64,000 nt of DNA from an uncultured Chloroflexia bacterium (GTDB lineage: Bacteria > Chloroflexota > Limnocylindria > Limnocylindrales > CSP1-4), in the NCBI GenBank assembly GCA_963763775.1, contig CAVXPZ010000001.1, positions 96,001 through 160,000 on the forward strand, written 5' to 3'. A model generated the notes under the pieces. It was not told where the DNA came from and ran no database searches. It saw only the letters and a program-made list of their open reading frames with translations. Shown in pieces: positions 22,891 through 32,781 of this stretch. The stretch's first letter is position 1. Every line of letters begins with the position of its first letter. The position numbers and the translations under genes were made by a program.

Positions 22891-23436
22891 TCAGCCGTGG
22901 GTCCCGACGAGGACGAGGTAGGTGACGCCGTCATCGGCCGTGACCGACGGCGTGACGGTGACGCCGTGGTAGTCCCGCGACCCGAGGTCGAGCCGGGTGA
23001 CGGCCGGCTCGACCGACGGGCAGGTGACCGGCACGGATCCGACGTCCACGCCCGCCTTGTCCTTGATCCGGCCGCCGGCCGCCCGGAGGGTGACGGTCAT
23101 CGTCCCCTCGCCCGTGCAGACGGCGATCACCGAGACGGTCGATCCGATGGTCGATCGCAGCACGGTCCCCGGGTGCTCGCCGACGTTCGCGGCGCGAGCG
23201 GCCAGCGTCCAGCCCTTCCCGAACGCGGTCACGTCGAGCGCGGGCAGCGATGGCAGGGGCGTCGGGACCGGGGTGGCGGTGGGGGAGGGCGTCGGGCTCG
23301 CGCTCGGGCCGGGTGTCGCGGTCGCGGCTGAGGCCGCGGTCCGTCCCGGGGTCGGCGTCGGCGTGGCGGACCCGCACGCGGCGATCAACGCCAGGATCGC
23401 CATCGAGGTCGCGACCATCGGCGCGTGACGGGTCAT
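22891..23436 (-). CDS. Hypothetical lipoprotein with Pro/Thr linker
   Basis: LIAAC lipobox, PT-rich linker, Cys pair; GGAGG RBS. Confidence 0.7.
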   Translation of the reverse strand: MTRHAPMVATSMAILALIAACGSATPTPTPGRTAASAATATPGPSASPTPSPTATPVPTPLPSLPALDVTAFGKGWTLAARAANVGEHPGTVLRSTIGSTVSVIAVCTGEGTMTVTLRAAGGRIKDKAGVDVGSVPVTCPSVEPAVTRLDLGSRDYHGVTVTPSVTADDGVTYLVLVGTHG

Positions 23437-23595
23437 CGCGGTCCCTCCGAGCATCGAACTGGGCGCCAGTATGCCGGAGGGGCCATGCCCGCTCGTCCGG
23501 CGGGCGGCCCGGCCGGCGGATGGCGCTCCTGGCCAAGCGATGGCCGCCCAGGAGCGGCCAGCCGAGAAGGTGGTGCGCGCGAGTCGACATCGGGC

Positions 23596-23628
23596 CGTCG
23601 ATAGCACTTTCGTGCTATTGCGGCTGCC
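23596..23628 (+). promoter_or_regulatory. Palindromic box CGATAG-N10-CTATTG, copy 1
   Basis: 28/33 identical to 39974-40006. Confidence 0.7.
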
Positions 23629-23851
23629 GGGTCCAAGCGGACATTGGAGAGGTGCAGTCCTGACGTCTTGCGACCATTCGTGGGAGGTCACGACGGCACC
23701 GTCTGGAGGACCCGGCGACGACGAACCAGACCCTGACGCAACTCCCCGTGCGCGTCCCGGTCCGGCCGTCCGACGATCACGGGCGACGGCGACAACGCAT
23801 CCGGCTCCTTCCCGGCCGGGCGCCAGATCAGATCCTTGGGAGTGCCCCCTG

Positions 23852-24241
23852 ATGGATCCGCACGCACCTGTCCTCGATGACTGGGATCCGGCGATCGACG
23901 CCATCCTCGTCCGCGCCCGCGCCCTGACGGACGCGGAGATCGTCACGTTGGCCCGTGGCTACGTGGCCCCACCCCAGACCGGCTTCGACCGGGTCCGGGT
24001 CCTGGCGATCGCCCGGGCTCGAGCCGATCGGCCGACCCAGATCCGCGCGCTCGAATCCGGCGTCGCCGAATCGATCGGCGCGTCACTCTCGGCACCGGCC
24101 GTCCGCGCCCTCCGACGACTCGGCCTGATGGAGATCGCCGAGCGCGCCGTCACGGACGCCGCCCTCGCCGTGCTCCTTCGCGACCGGCTCGGCCCGCCGA
24201 TGGCGGCCGCGATCTCGCGGCCGTGGAGCGACCTCGCGTGA
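23852..24241 (+). CDS. Uncharacterised ~130 aa helical protein (paralog of 41616-42073)
   Basis: ILVRARALTDAEI..RPW; GTGA overlap with the GGDEF gene. Confidence 0.75.
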   Translation: MDPHAPVLDDWDPAIDAILVRARALTDAEIVTLARGYVAPPQTGFDRVRVLAIARARADRPTQIRALESGVAESIGASLSAPAVRALRRLGLMEIAERAVTDAALAVLLRDRLGPPMAAAISRPWSDLA

Positions 24242-25494
24242 ACCGAGGCCGCCGCCGCACCGACCAACGGCGCCGCCTGCGCGACAACACGGCGCTGCTC
24301 TTCTACACGGCCGGGACCATCGTCGTGGGTGCCCTGGCCTTCGCCTGGGCCGCGCTCGTCTTCCCGATCGACGAGACCATCTCCCTGACCGCCGCAGGCG
24401 GAAAGGAGGGCATCCTCCTCGGATTGATCTTCTGGATCGCCATCGGGCTCCTGGGCGGGACCCGCGTGGAGCGCATGCACGGCCACGGCGTCCTCACCTT
24501 CCACCTGCCGTTCATCATCGCGGCGATGGCCCTCGGCGGGCCGACCGCCGGCGCGATCGTGGCCCTGCTGTGCACCATCGAGCGCCGCGAGATGCGCGAG
24601 GTCCCGTGGTACGGCACCGCCGCCAACCACGCGGCCCTGGCCCTCAGCGCCGTCGTCGGCGGCGTGGTCCTTCTCGGGGTGGACGGCTGGCTCGGCGCAC
24701 TCATGCCGGACAAGCCGCAAGCGGTCGAGCTGGTCGCCGTGATCGTGGGCGGCGGCGTGATGACCGGCATCGCCGTGGCCCTCGCCTCGGGCACGGTCCA
24801 CTTCCGCGACGGCCTCAAGCGGGCCGAACTCATCCGGCTGTACGACACGGCGTATCGCGCGACGGCCGCCACGGAGGTGGTGCTCGGCTGGTTGCTGGCC
24901 TTCACGTACAGCGCGCTCGGCTGGTGGGCGGCCGTGGTGTGCGCGATCCTCGTCCTCGCCGTGTGGCAGACCAACGAGTCGACCAAGGCGGCCAACCACG
25001 ACGCGATGACCGGCCTGCTGAACCGGACCGGGTTCGACGCCCGGCTGGCCGCGGCGATCAAGGCGTCGGCCCACGGCGACCACGTCGGTGCGATGCTGGC
25101 GATCGACCTCGACGGGTTCAAGGCGATCAACGACGAGCACGGCCACGCCGCGGGCGACGACGTGATCCGCGCGGTCGGCGACCGCCTGCGGCGGTCGATC
25201 CGGCTGACCGATGCCGCGGTCCGACTCGGGGGCGACGAATTCGGCGTCCTGCTCATGGACCTTCCCGATCACCGGACGGGGCCGATGCTCGCGAGGCGCA
25301 TCCACAAGAGCCTCATCGCCCCGATGCGCGTCCACGACCGGACCCTCCAGGTCGGTGCCTCGATCGGTATCTACGTGATCGAGCCCCCTGCCGACGAGCT
25401 CACGGTCGAGCACGTCCACGAGCTCGCCGATGGCGCCATGTACACCGCCAAGCTGCACGGCGGCGGGTTGCAGGTGGCGGCCCGGACGAGGTAG
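24238..25494 (+). CDS. Membrane-bound diguanylate cyclase
   Basis: Multi-TM N-terminus; DAMTGLLNR, DLDGFKAINDEHGH, RLTD I-site, RLGGDEF. Confidence 0.92.
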   Translation: MNRGRRRTDQRRRLRDNTALLFYTAGTIVVGALAFAWAALVFPIDETISLTAAGGKEGILLGLIFWIAIGLLGGTRVERMHGHGVLTFHLPFIIAAMALGGPTAGAIVALLCTIERREMREVPWYGTAANHAALALSAVVGGVVLLGVDGWLGALMPDKPQAVELVAVIVGGGVMTGIAVALASGTVHFRDGLKRAELIRLYDTAYRATAATEVVLGWLLAFTYSALGWWAAVVCAILVLAVWQTNESTKAANHDAMTGLLNRTGFDARLAAAIKASAHGDHVGAMLAIDLDGFKAINDEHGHAAGDDVIRAVGDRLRRSIRLTDAAVRLGGDEFGVLLMDLPDHRTGPMLARRIHKSLIAPMRVHDRTLQVGASIGIYVIEPPADELTVEHVHELADGAMYTAKLHGGGLQVAARTR

Positions 25495-25530
25495 ACGACC
25501 CGGCGCCACGGCCCCGGGGCGCGGTCGCGG

Positions 25531-26007
25531 CTAGCCGATCGTCCGAAGGACCGGGTTCACCCGGGTGACGTCGACTGGATGGTCGAAGGTGAGGACGAGG
25601 ATGTGGTCCACCCCGATCGCATCGCCGTCGCATCGCGGCCGGTCGAGCCGCATGTTGAGCCCGTCCGGCGCGATGGTGAGGGCATGGACCGTGTCGCAGG
25701 GGCTCCCGCTCCAGGTCAGGGCGATCTTGTGCGGATCGGAGGACAGGCTGGCGGTCTCGATGGCGCCGTCCGGCACGGAGGCCCCATCACCCGGCGTCGC
25801 GGAGACGGCACCGACCAGCGTCCCGGACTCGTCGGTGACGGTCACGCTCGCATCGGCGCCGATGCGCTCGATGAGGTCGACCGTGAAGACCCGGGCGGGC
25901 GACGCTGCCGGGCCCCCGGTCGGTGCGGCGGACGGGCTCGGATCGGCCGCGCAGGCGACGGCGACGAGCGCCGACAGGAACGCGACGGCGAGGATCCGGT
26001 TGCGCAT
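25531..26007 (-). CDS. Hypothetical lipoprotein
   Basis: LVAVAC lipobox, WSGSPCD. Confidence 0.7.
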   Translation of the reverse strand: MRNRILAVAFLSALVAVACAADPSPSAAPTGGPAASPARVFTVDLIERIGADASVTVTDESGTLVGAVSATPGDGASVPDGAIETASLSSDPHKIALTWSGSPCDTVHALTIAPDGLNMRLDRPRCDGDAIGVDHILVLTFDHPVDVTRVNPVLRTIG

Positions 26008-26262
26008 GTCGGCCACGATGCCCGATGTCCCCGAGTCGCGCCATCGTCATCCGTCCACGATCTCTCATGCGCATCTCAGGATCCGACGCGATGGTGGGGT
26101 CATACCTCCCCGGCGATCGAAGACGCCGGCGAGTCGCGACCGACCTGACGATCTCCTCCCGTCTCCCGCGGTCGACCGGCTCGCCGGCGTTCGCCGTTCC
26201 TGGCCCGACCCAGTGCCAGGAGGGCGTTTGACGGTTCCGGCGACACCCCCGACCCTTGCCTG

Positions 26263-27450
26263 GTGCGACCGCAAATCCTCGTCGCCGTGCTGGCGGCGTT
26301 CGTCGTGGGCTGCGGCAGCCCGCCATCCCCGACCTCGAGCCCCGGCCCGGGCACCGTGACCGCCGACGCCAGCGTGGCCCCTGGCGACCCGACGCCGATC
26401 CCGACCGCCCATCCCGACCCCGGGCATGAGGTCTTCGGCTACGTCCCGTACTGGGAGATGGACGCCGGCATCGCCGATCACCTCGCCAAGACCAAGCTCA
26501 CGACGCTGGCGCTGTTCTCGGTCACGACCAAGCGCAGCGGCGTCATCAACACCACGCTGAGCGGCTACAAGAAGATCACCGGCGACATCGGCACGCAGCT
26601 GATCCGCGAGGCGCACGGCCGCGGCGTCCGCGTGGAGCTCGTCTACACCAGCTTCGGCTACGACAAGAACAAGCGCTTCTTCACGGGGCCGCTCAAGGCA
26701 CAGGACAAGGCGATCGAGTCGCTCGTCGCGCTCGCGACGCAGATCGGGGTGGATGGCATCAACGTCGACGTCGAACTCATCGACGACAGCGACGTGGCGT
26801 CCTACGGGGCGTTCATCGGCCGGCTTCGCGAGGCGTTGCGCAAGGCGATCCCCGAGGGACAGGTCTCCGTGGCGACGACCTCGGGGCCGCGCGGCGCGTC
26901 GATGGCGGTCGCCGCGACCGGCGTCGGGGCGGACCGTGTGTTCCTCATGGCGTACGACTACCACTGGAAGGGCTCGGCGCCGGGCGCCTCGTCCCCGATG
27001 GACCGGCGCGACGGCCAGCCGAACGACGTGGTCTGGTCACTGGACCTGTACGCCGCCGCGGGCGTGCCCGTGGAGAAGACGCTCCTCGGACTGCCGCTGT
27101 ACGGGATGACCTGGCCGGTCACCGACGGGACGCTGGGCGCGCTCGAGACCGGTCCCGGCGACACCTGGGTCCCGCGGAGCCATCTCGACGTCCTCGATGA
27201 CCCGGCCATCGTCCCCGAACTCGATCCCGTGGAGCTCGTCGAGTTCTACGCGCTGCCGACGCCGCAGCCGGACGGCACCACGACGTGGCGGGCGGTCTAC
27301 ATCGACTCGCCGGCCACGCTCGGCCAGAAGATGGCCCTCGCCGACGATCGCGGACTTGCCGGCGTCGGCTTCTGGGCGATCGGGTACGAGCGCGGCTTGC
27401 CCGACTACACCGCCCTGATCGAGCGCTTCGCCGCCGGCAAGCTCCAGTAG
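26263..27450 (+). CDS. GH18-family glycoside hydrolase lipoprotein
   Basis: VVGC lipobox; DGINVDVE, MAYDYH, LGLPLYG, GVGFWAIG. Confidence 0.88.
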   Translation: MRPQILVAVLAAFVVGCGSPPSPTSSPGPGTVTADASVAPGDPTPIPTAHPDPGHEVFGYVPYWEMDAGIADHLAKTKLTTLALFSVTTKRSGVINTTLSGYKKITGDIGTQLIREAHGRGVRVELVYTSFGYDKNKRFFTGPLKAQDKAIESLVALATQIGVDGINVDVELIDDSDVASYGAFIGRLREALRKAIPEGQVSVATTSGPRGASMAVAATGVGADRVFLMAYDYHWKGSAPGASSPMDRRDGQPNDVVWSLDLYAAAGVPVEKTLLGLPLYGMTWPVTDGTLGALETGPGDTWVPRSHLDVLDDPAIVPELDPVELVEFYALPTPQPDGTTTWRAVYIDSPATLGQKMALADDRGLAGVGFWAIGYERGLPDYTALIERFAAGKLQ

Positions 27451-27509
27451 CGACGCCGCCCGGCAGACGCCCGGCCGGCTTGGCTATCCTCCTCGGCGAA
27501 GGAGGCCCG

Positions 27510-27628
27510 ATGTACGACCTGATCAAGTACGTCCACGTCGTCTGCGCGAGCGGCTCTTCCAGGTGTCGCGGCTCGAGCTGGTCAGCTTCGCCATCATCGT
27601 GTTCATGATGGTCGTCAAGCCGGGCTGA
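27510..27628 (+). pseudogene. Internally deleted DUF2269-like membrane protein remnant
   Basis: AGGAGG RBS plus MYDLIKYVHVVCA joined out of frame to the C-terminus ..FAIIVFMMVVKPG*. Confidence 0.65.
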
Positions 27629-27630
27629 GG

Positions 27631-28062
27631 ATGCCGCTGCCGAAGGCCCTCGCCCGGTTCAACGTCCGGGCGACCAACCGGGTGCTTCGGCCGTTCGTTC
27701 GGCGACTCCCGGGCTTCGCGCTCGTCCGACACGTCGGTCGGCGCACGGGGATCGAGCGCGAGACCCCGCTGCTGCTCTTCCGTCGCGGCGACCGCGTCGT
27801 GATCGCGATGACGTACGGGCCCGACACGGAGTGGGCCCGGAACATCCTCGCGGCCGGCGGTGCCGTCGCGATCACGCGCCGGGGGAGGGTCCGCCTGAGC
27901 GAGCCGCGTCTTGTCCACGACCCATCGCGACGTCTCGTGCCGTGGCCGGTGCGGCTGCCACTACGGCTGCTGCGGGCCGCCGACTTCCTGGTCGTGTGTG
28001 GGAGCCCGCTGACGGCGGCCTCAGCCGGGGATGGCGGCGAGGGCCTGACCCGCGAGGGCTGA
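27631..28062 (+). CDS. Deazaflavin (F420)-dependent nitroreductase family protein
   Basis: HVGRRTG..RETP, YGPDTEWARNILAAG. Confidence 0.85.
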   Translation: MPLPKALARFNVRATNRVLRPFVRRLPGFALVRHVGRRTGIERETPLLLFRRGDRVVIAMTYGPDTEWARNILAAGGAVAITRRGRVRLSEPRLVHDPSRRLVPWPVRLPLRLLRAADFLVVCGSPLTAASAGDGGEGLTREG

Positions 28063-29226
28063 CAACGCGACGACCGCGATCGGGGGCACTCGACGGCTGA
28101 GCAGGAGCCCGAGGCCGACGGCCGCCACGACCACATCGACGGGCGCGGACACCGCCCCGGTCCAGACCGGGGTATAGAGCGCCGCGAGGAGGATCCCGAC
28201 GACCGCGGCGTTCGTGCCGGTCAACGCGCGCCGCACCGAGCTCGACGCGCGAAGCTGATCCCAGAATGGCAGGGCCGCGATCACGAGCAGCGATCCGGGC
28301 AGGAAGATCGCGACCAGCGCGATCGTGGCGCCGACGACGCCATTCGGCGCCGGCCCCGCCACGGTGCCCAGGTACGCCGCGAACGTGAAGAGCGGTCCGG
28401 GCACCGCTTGCGCGGCGCCATACCCGGCGAGGAACTGGCCCTCGGTCACCCAGCCCGGACCGACGACGCTCGCATCGAGGAGAGGCAGGACGACGTGCCC
28501 GCCGCCGAACACGAGCGCCCCGCTCCGGTAGAACGCCTCGGCGAGGGCGGCGGTCTGGCCGTCCGCGGCGCGCAGGAGGGGCAGGCCGACGAGCAGCGCG
28601 ACGAAGGCGGTCAGGGCGAGCAGCCCGGAGCGCCTCGAGATCGGGCTCGGCTCGGCGTGCGTGACGGTCGCGGCACCGGGCCTCAGCAGGAAGCGGCCGA
28701 TGAGCGCGCCGACGCCGATGATGGCGACCTGGGCGAACGGCACCGTCCAGGTCAGCGCGACCGCCGCTGCGACCAGGGCGACGGCGCGGCGCGGCCAGTC
28801 CGGCGCGAGCGTCCGCGCCATCGACCACACGGCCTGCGCCACGACGGCCACGGCCGCGAGCTTGAGTCCGTGCACCCAGCCCGCACCGGACAGGTCCGTG
28901 GAGGCGGCGACGAGGCCGAGGATCGTGAGCGCGATCGCGGACGGCAGCGTGAAGCCGATCCAGGCGGCCAACCCGCCGAGCAGACCGGCGCGCCGGGTCC
29001 CGATGGCGATCCCGAGCTGGCTGCTGGCCGGTCCCGGGAGCGACTGGCAGAGGGCGACGAGGTCCGCGAACGCGGTCTCGTCCAGCCACTGCCGTCGATC
29101 GACGTACTCCCGGCGGAAGTACCCGATGTGCGCGATCGGCCCGCCGAACGAGGTCAGGCCGAGCCCGAGCGACGCACGGAGGACCTCGCCGATGGACCCA
29201 GGCGGTCGAACGGCGGGGTCGCTCAC
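28021..29226 (-). CDS. chrA: Chromate efflux transporter
   Basis: LGLTSFGGP, QSLPGPASSQ, FGGGHVVLP, AQAVPGPLF. Confidence 0.93.
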   Translation of the reverse strand: MSDPAVRPPGSIGEVLRASLGLGLTSFGGPIAHIGYFRREYVDRRQWLDETAFADLVALCQSLPGPASSQLGIAIGTRRAGLLGGLAAWIGFTLPSAIALTILGLVAASTDLSGAGWVHGLKLAAVAVVAQAVWSMARTLAPDWPRRAVALVAAAVALTWTVPFAQVAIIGVGALIGRFLLRPGAATVTHAEPSPISRRSGLLALTAFVALLVGLPLLRAADGQTAALAEAFYRSGALVFGGGHVVLPLLDASVVGPGWVTEGQFLAGYGAAQAVPGPLFTFAAYLGTVAGPAPNGVVGATIALVAIFLPGSLLVIAALPFWDQLRASSSVRRALTGTNAAVVGILLAALYTPVWTGAVSAPVDVVVAAVGLGLLLSRRVPPIAVVALSALAGQALAAIPG

Positions 29227-29432
29227 GGCATGAGGCTACACGGCGGGAACGACGCCGCGCCCGGCGTGAGGACCGGGCGCGGCGGGTGAGGCGCGGGGAA
29301 GGGAGCCGCCGCCCTCAGGTCCACGGCGCGGCGCCCGCTCGCGTTCGACCCTAGGGTCGCTCCGGGTCCAGGGCTCGGCATGGGCCGAGCGGCCCGTGCT
29401 GACGGGCCGTTGGTCGTCGCGGACGCGTGGCC

Positions 29433-30314
29433 TCAGCCGGCGACGAGCGGGGCGACCTCGCGCTCGAAGCGCTCGACGGCGGCCACGGTGCCGGCGGGAT
29501 CCACGGTGCCGAACGACAGGGCCAGGTGGGAGACGCCGAGCGCGGCGAACGCCCGGACCTCCGCCGCGATCTCGTCGGGCGTGCCGCGCATGGCGTATCC
29601 CTGGTCGGTGGCCGCCTCGAACTCGACACGCACGCGGGCCGTCAATCGCGGCACGGGACGACCCGCCGCCTCGGCCGCCGCCAGGACCACCGGCACGCGC
29701 TCGGCGTAGCTCGCGGGACTGGCCTGGCTGGCGTGGTAGCCGTCGCCGAGGGCGCCCGCGCGACGCAGTGCCGGTCCCGCCCGTCCGCCGACGAGGATCG
29801 GGAGCGCCGCGCCCTGCGCCGGCAGCGGCTCGAAGACGAAGTCGTCCAGCGGGTGGAAGCGGCCCGGGAAGGGCTCGCTCGTGCCGGACCAGAGGTGTCG
29901 CCAGAGGCGGATCGTCTCGTCGAGATAGGCGCCGCGGACCCGGAACCGATCGGCGACCCCGAGGTTCGTGAACTCCCGGTCGCTCCACCCGACGCCGACC
30001 CCGGCGATGACCCGACCGCCGGTCAGCGCGTCGAGCGAGGCGAGTTCCTTGGCCAGGATCACGGCATTCCGCTGCGGGACGACGAGCACGCTGGTCCCGA
30101 GCCGCAGCCCCGGGTGCCTGGCCCCGACCCACGCCAGCGTGACGACCGCATCGAAGATCCGGCCGTACTCGGGCGACGCCTGATGGTCGACGAGCACATG
30201 ATCGGTCGTCCAGACCGTCGACCAGCCGAGACGGGCGGCAGCGTCTGCGGCAGCCTCGATGCCCTCGGTGCTCGCGCCGGCCGGGTAGTTGGGGAGGCAA
30301 AGTCCGAAGTCCAT
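29433..30314 (-). CDS. LLM-class (probably F420-dependent) oxidoreductase
   Basis: VWTTDH, LGTSVLV, LAKELASLDALTGGR, GVGW. Confidence 0.88.
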   Translation of the reverse strand: MDFGLCLPNYPAGASTEGIEAAADAAARLGWSTVWTTDHVLVDHQASPEYGRIFDAVVTLAWVGARHPGLRLGTSVLVVPQRNAVILAKELASLDALTGGRVIAGVGVGWSDREFTNLGVADRFRVRGAYLDETIRLWRHLWSGTSEPFPGRFHPLDDFVFEPLPAQGAALPILVGGRAGPALRRAGALGDGYHASQASPASYAERVPVVLAAAEAAGRPVPRLTARVRVEFEAATDQGYAMRGTPDEIAAEVRAFAALGVSHLALSFGTVDPAGTVAAVERFEREVAPLVAG

Positions 30315-30364
30315 GGCCCGGATGGTACCGACCTGACGCCCGGCGCATGGCCGACAATGGCGGG

Positions 30365-30619
30365 ATGGACGAGCCGACGCGCCGGATCGAGCTGAGACTC
30401 GACCTCGGATCCGACGACGAGTACGACGAGCTCGAACGCGCCCTGCTGAAGGCCCGCGCCTCCGAGTTGACCGAGGTCCGGCGACGGAACGTGCGCCTCA
30501 CGGCCGGCTACGGCGACGCCACCACCCGGGACGTCATGGACGACGAGGGCCGGCGCGCCCAGCTCCGCTACGACGTCCTCGGGAGACTGGTCGACGCGCT
30601 TCGTCGCGGAGGGCGTTGA
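30365..30619 (+). CDS. Small hypothetical helical protein
   Basis: GC3-rich 84-codon ORF; GACAAT 6 nt upstream of the ATG. Confidence 0.65.
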   Translation: MDEPTRRIELRLDLGSDDEYDELERALLKARASELTEVRRRNVRLTAGYGDATTRDVMDDEGRRAQLRYDVLGRLVDALRRGGR

Positions 30620-30645
30620 CGGACGGTCGCGGACGGTGCTATAAC
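30616..30645 (+). promoter_or_regulatory. Sigma70 promoter of the cytochrome b gene
   Basis: TTGACG-18 bp-TATAAC with extended TG. Confidence 0.7.
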
Positions 30646-30692
30646 GCAGGTCGATATATCGTGCGACGATAGCATCGAAGGGACCGTGGCGC

Positions 30693-31452
30693 GTGGCCGA
30701 CGGCGATCGCGACCAGCAGCCGGTGAGTTTCCTCGAGCGGGTGGACCAGACCATCCGCCGGAGCCCGGTGTGGCGGTCGATCTTCCGCCAGCCGTACCCC
30801 CGCGACGAGCGCTCGCGCGCCTACGCGGTGATGAACAACGTCTTCCTGCACATCCACCCGGTGCGCGTCCGCCAGCACGCGGTCAAGTTCGCCTACACGT
30901 TCTGCCTGGGCGGTCTCAGCTTCTTCCTGTTCCTGGTCCTGACCGTGACCGGCGTGTACCTGATGTTCTTCTACGTGCCGAGCGCCACGCAGGCCTACAC
31001 GAACATCCTCGAGATCCAGAGCCAGGTCGTGTTCGGGCTGCTCACCCGCAACGTCCACCGGTGGGCCGCCCACCTGATGGTCTTCTTCGTGTTCCTGCAC
31101 ATGATGCGGGTCTTCTACCACGGCGCCTACAAGCCGCCGCGCGAGTTCAACTGGGTCGTCGGCGTGGTCCTGCTGTTCCTCACGATCATGCTGAGCTTCT
31201 CGGGGTATCTCCTGCCCTGGGACCAGATCGCCTACTGGGCCATCACCATCGGGACCAACTTCGGTTCGTACTTCCCGATCGTGAATACCCGCCACGCGCC
31301 TCATGCTCCTCGGCGGCCTCGAGGTCGGCCAGAACACGCTGCTGCGCTTCTACGTGCTCCACGTCATGGCCTTCCCGTTGATCACCGCGATCTTCCTGGC
31401 GGTCCACTTCTGGCGCATCCGCAAGGACGGAGGCATCTCGGGGCCGCTGTGA
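30693..31452 (+). CDS. petB: Cytochrome b6-type (split, N-terminal) cytochrome b; frameshift near 31290
   Basis: FCLGG, VHRWAAH..LHMMRVF, KPPREFNW, GYLLPWDQ, RFYVLH..HFWRIRKDGGISGPL*. Confidence 0.88.
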
Positions 31453-31534
31453 CGCGCGGCTGACCCCGAGGACGCGCCCCGGACCGTCGGAGGAGCGGGT
31501 CCGCGGGCGGGCCGGTTCGGGTAGCCTCCGCGAC

Positions 31535-32731
31535 GTGTCCCAGCCGCCCGCGCCAGCGACCCGCGTGCCGATCGCCGTCGTCGCGGGACTGTTCCTCGCC
31601 TCGCTCGCCCTGCGCCCGCAGTTGCTTGCCGTCGGGCCGCTCCTCCCATTCATCCGGGCTGACCTCGGCCTGCCGGCCGGTGTCGCCGGGCTCCTGACGT
31701 CGATCCCGGTCCTGTGCATGGGGATCTTCGCGCCGCTCGGGCCGCGGCTGGCGGCTCGACTCGGACCGCGCGAGGCGTTCGCGGTGTCGCTCGCGCTCAT
31801 CGCCGGCTTCGGCCTGCTGCGGGCGCTCGTCCCCAGCTTCCCGTTGGTCCTGGCCGCGACCCTCGGGATCGGGTTCGGGGTCGGGGTGGCGGGAGCGATC
31901 CCGTCGATGGTCGTGTCGACCCGACTCCCGTCACGTCCCGCCCTCGGGACCGGCGCGTACGCGGGCGGGATCGTGGCCGGGTCGACGCTGGCGGCCGCGC
32001 TGGCCGTGCCGCTCGCGATCGACGGTGCCTGGCGACTCGCGCTGGCCGCGATCTCGGTGGCGTCCTTCCTCGCGGTCGTCGTGTGGCTCGTCCTCGTCCG
32101 GCCCGACCCGTCGGTGCCCGCGCCTGGCGCCGCGCGCGCTGCGCCTTCCGTGGCGGAGCCGGACGGGATGGGTGCTCGTCGCTGGTGTTCGGTGTCCAAT
32201 CGCTGCTCTACTACGGCGTCGTGTCGTGGCTGGCGAACGTGTTCGTCGAACGTGGCTGGACGCCGGCTGCCGCCGGGTCGCTGCTGGCGGTCGTGAACGC
32301 CGTCGGGCTCATCACCACCCTCGGGGTCCCGCTCTTCGCGGACCGACTCGGCGCTCGGCGGCCGCAGCTCGTGGTGTCGTCCGTCGCCGCCACCGTCGGC
32401 CTCCTTGGCCTCCTGCTCGCCCCCGACATCGCCGTCGCGTGGGTCGTCGTCATCGGCCTTGCGCTCGGAGCGATCTTCCCGCTCGTGCTGACGCTGCCGC
32501 TCGACGTCACCGACGACCCGGCCCAGGTCGGCTCGGTCGCCGCGCTGATGCTGCTCGGCGGATACGTCCTCTCGTCGACGGGTCCCGTCGTGCTCGGCGC
32601 GGTCCGTGACGCGACGGGGACCTTCGAGGTCAGCCTCTGGGTCCTGGTCGCTGGTCGCCGTGGTCCTCGACGGCCTGTGCGTGTTGCTGTCGCCGGAACG
32701 CCTGCGGCGCGGCATCGGCCGCACGACCTAG
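31535..32731 (+). CDS. CynX/NimT-family MFS transporter (frameshifted)
   Basis: LALRP..VGPLLPFIRADLG, QSLLYYGVVSWL, GYVLSSTGP. Confidence 0.85.
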
Positions 32732-32781
32732 AGGGACCGAGCCTGCCGAGGCCGGCGATCGGGTTCGCGCCGCGGCCGTGG

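Noticed and set aside
23601-23618. CIRCE/HrcA operator (ATAGCAC..GTGCTAT)
   Set aside because: Arms and spacing do not fit TTAGCACTC-N9-GAGTGCTAA, and the second copy at 39974 lacks the GCAC/GTGC pairing
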